From: Octopus bimaculoides
Lineage: Eukaryota
Assembly (NCBI RefSeq): GCF_001194135.2
Contig: NC_068983.1
Location: forward strand, 26,912,336-26,949,863
Reading direction: 5' to 3'
Length of the DNA: 37,528 nt
Shown in pieces: positions 35,409 to 37,528 of this stretch. The first letter of the stretch is position 1; each line of letters starts with the position of its first letter. Under the pieces are notes generated by a model, which was given only the letters and a program-made list of their open reading frames with translations, was not told the DNA's origin and searched no databases. The position numbers and the translations under genes are program-made.

Positions 35409-35862
35409 TTATACAATCAACATCTAGACTACTCTATACGACGAATGTGCATTAAAATTTATATTTGTTCCATTTTCAATATTCAGGTTCCACCATACAT
35501 ACATACATACACACACACATATGTGTGTGCACGTGTATGTATTTATGAACATATATGTGTGTGTGTATGTGTCTGTGTAGGTGAGGTAAATCGGTAGGTA
35601 GCGGTCTAATTCTACGTGGATTAAATTCAAAACTGAAGGTGGAGTGTTTGTCGAGATATTTTCATAAACATGTATTGACTATCTGCCGTCTTTATTCAGT
35701 AGCTTCAATGTACCCTGAAGCTGTACAAGTACGGAAGCCATCCGTGTGTGCTTTTATATCTTATTTATTTGCGAAAGTGAAATTTATTTTCTTAAAACGA
35801 ATTTTCTAATTTCTTGTAATGTTTTGTTCGTGTCGTGAATTATATAAATACTTCAAAAATTT

Positions 35863-35864
<2 letters not shown>

Positions 35865-35918
<54 letters not shown>

Positions 35919-36050
35919 TAACCACCGTCACCACCAATACTACTAATACTACTGCTACTACTACCACTCCTCCTATTGCTATCACCCCACACCATCCAAT
36001 CGCCAGTCCACCATTAACAACAGCATCACCACCATTACTGCTTATAGTAC
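35865..36050. repeat. (ACT)n microsatellite with degenerate (ACC/ACT) extension
   Basis: Directly visible; explains the poly-T and poly-V ORFs. Confidence 0.95.
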
Positions 36051-36706
36051 TACTATTCCGCCCCACCATTTCTTCTAATCCTGCTTCTGTTGCAATGCTG
36101 TCTTTGCTTGTGTTGATGTTAATGCAGTGCTCTATTTACTTTATCTATTGCTATTTAATCATATGATTCGCCAGTGTGTTGACGATAAAAATGTAGTCAG
36201 TGTTATTTTATTTATCGTTGATGTACATTCTTGTTTGTTCTTCTATTTTAGGCTCAACGCAGTCATTTCTTTAAATAGACATTTTCTTTTTTTTGGTGCA
36301 CTACTTCAGTCATACAAATATGTTCACTTCAGCAGTCGTGTGCTACGGTGTTAGTTATATCTATAAGATTTTTTGTTCAAAATATATTATTTGTTATTTA
36401 CACTTCTAAAATAAGAATATTGAAATTAAAGTAAAAAAATCTCTCACAAAAGTAACATTACGCAATCATTCAATTAGAAATTCAAGTATTGGTACTTACT
36501 GAATCCAGAATTTGCACCTATTAAGCATACATTGCATTACGGTTCTGTCTTCTCTTCAAATTTCTTACAATTTAAATCAATTATTTAAATTTTCAGCCAA
36601 ATAAATGCAACGAACAAGCGCTTCAGTGTTCAGTCTTGCTGTAAAGAAATTAAAGCTGGGTAATCATTTCTTTCACTTGAGTTTGTGACCTTCATTCTTT
36701 TGTCAG

Positions 36707-36745
36707 ACTCAAACAATGCAGTTATGATTGATACGTACCCGTCAG
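36707..36745 (+). CDS. Weak candidate micro-exon (39 nt)
   Basis: Acceptor CTTCATTCTTTTGTCAG; donor CAG|GTCACA (weak). Phase 1-1 reading DSNNAVMIDTYPS(G). Confidence 0.2.
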
Positions 36746-36788
36746 GTCACAGTAGATTATCTGATGATATATATGGGATGAAATAGGT

Positions 36789-37238
36789 TCTGTGGCTATG
36801 TGGTAGGAAGATTGCTTCCCAGCCACATGGTTCTGGCTTCAGTCTCACTGAGTGTCACACTGAGCCCGTGTCTTTTATTACAGCCAGCGGTTTACCAAAG
36901 TCTTGTGAGTGGATTTACTAGACGGAAATCGCGAAAAACCCAAAATGTAAATAAATATTTATAAATTTATATGTATGTATATATGTATGCATTTGTTTGT
37001 GGCTCTGTTTTCCCCACCACCACCACATCCAACACCACCACCAGCACTTTGACAACCGATGATGGTGTGCTTAAGTCGCTGTAACTTTGCAGTTCGGCAA
37101 AAAGAGTGACAGAATAAATAACAGGCTTACAAAGAATAAGCCCTCAGGTCAACTTCTTCGACTAGAAACCATTTAAGGTGGTGCTCCAGTACGGCCGCAA
37201 TCAAATGAATAGTAAACCAAGTAAAAGAATAAAAGAAT
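36789..37238 (+). mobile_element. Full-length tRNA-derived SINE with an internal simple-repeat spacer
   Basis: tRNA-like head (TGTGGTAGGAAG...GGTTCTGGCTTCAGTCTCAC), central TA/CCA-rich linker, 3' body matching 447-592, and AAAAGAAT-repeat tail. Confidence 0.85.
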
Positions 37239-37387
37239 GTACATATACGTAGCCATTCCTGCCTCTGCAGATTCCCTGAAGTATTTTGATTCGAGACAAA
37301 AAAGTATTGAATTTTCCTCACTCAGCGGCTTCAACGCAACGCTAAACGGAAATTGAAAATGAAAAAAAAAATACAGATATATACCGA

Positions 37388-37478
37388 TACACACACACGC
37401 ACGCATACACACATACACACTCACACACATACACGTACGCACGCACACACACACGCATGTACACACAGACACACACAC

Positions 37479-37528
<50 letters not shown>
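37388..37528. repeat. (CA)n/(TA)n microsatellite
   Basis: Directly visible. Confidence 0.96.

Noticed and set aside
35806-36166. Poly-Thr/Pro 'mucin-like' ORF and poly-Val antisense ORF
   Set aside because: Translation of an (ACT)n microsatellite and its degenerate flank; no supporting gene structure.

Overview
AT-rich, microsatellite-dense eukaryotic DNA with four N-gaps. The SINE families and repeat landscape look like an octopus (coleoid) genome; this is inference from recalled repeat sequences, not a database hit. No intact host gene can be recognised, and nearly all ORFs in the supplied track are microsatellite or gap artefacts. The interpretable content is decayed mobile DNA: (i) three clear Penelope-like element (PLE) fragments (N-terminus plus RT, a second RT, and a GIY-YIG endonuclease); (ii) seven hammerhead-ribozyme-like folds of about five sequence types at six loci, most with the minimal type I, palindromic-stem-III design typical of PLEs; (iii) several Tc1/mariner remnants (D,D34D Hsmar1-like, probable DD37D/maT, older mariners), a hAT MITE with an 8-bp TSD, and Tigger-like and Helentron-like pieces; (iv) tRNA-derived SINEs. 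The most interesting items are a tRNA-headed SINE-like element that carries the same hammerhead tail as a PLE in the window and sits in a PLE-style inverted arrangement (33360-33722), a 152-bp tandem and inverted unit with a variant-core hammerhead fold (15357-15743), and a near-intact hammerhead whose stem II loop contains an expanded microsatellite (6245-6361). A few short symmetric candidate micro-exons on the + strand suggest the region may be intronic.
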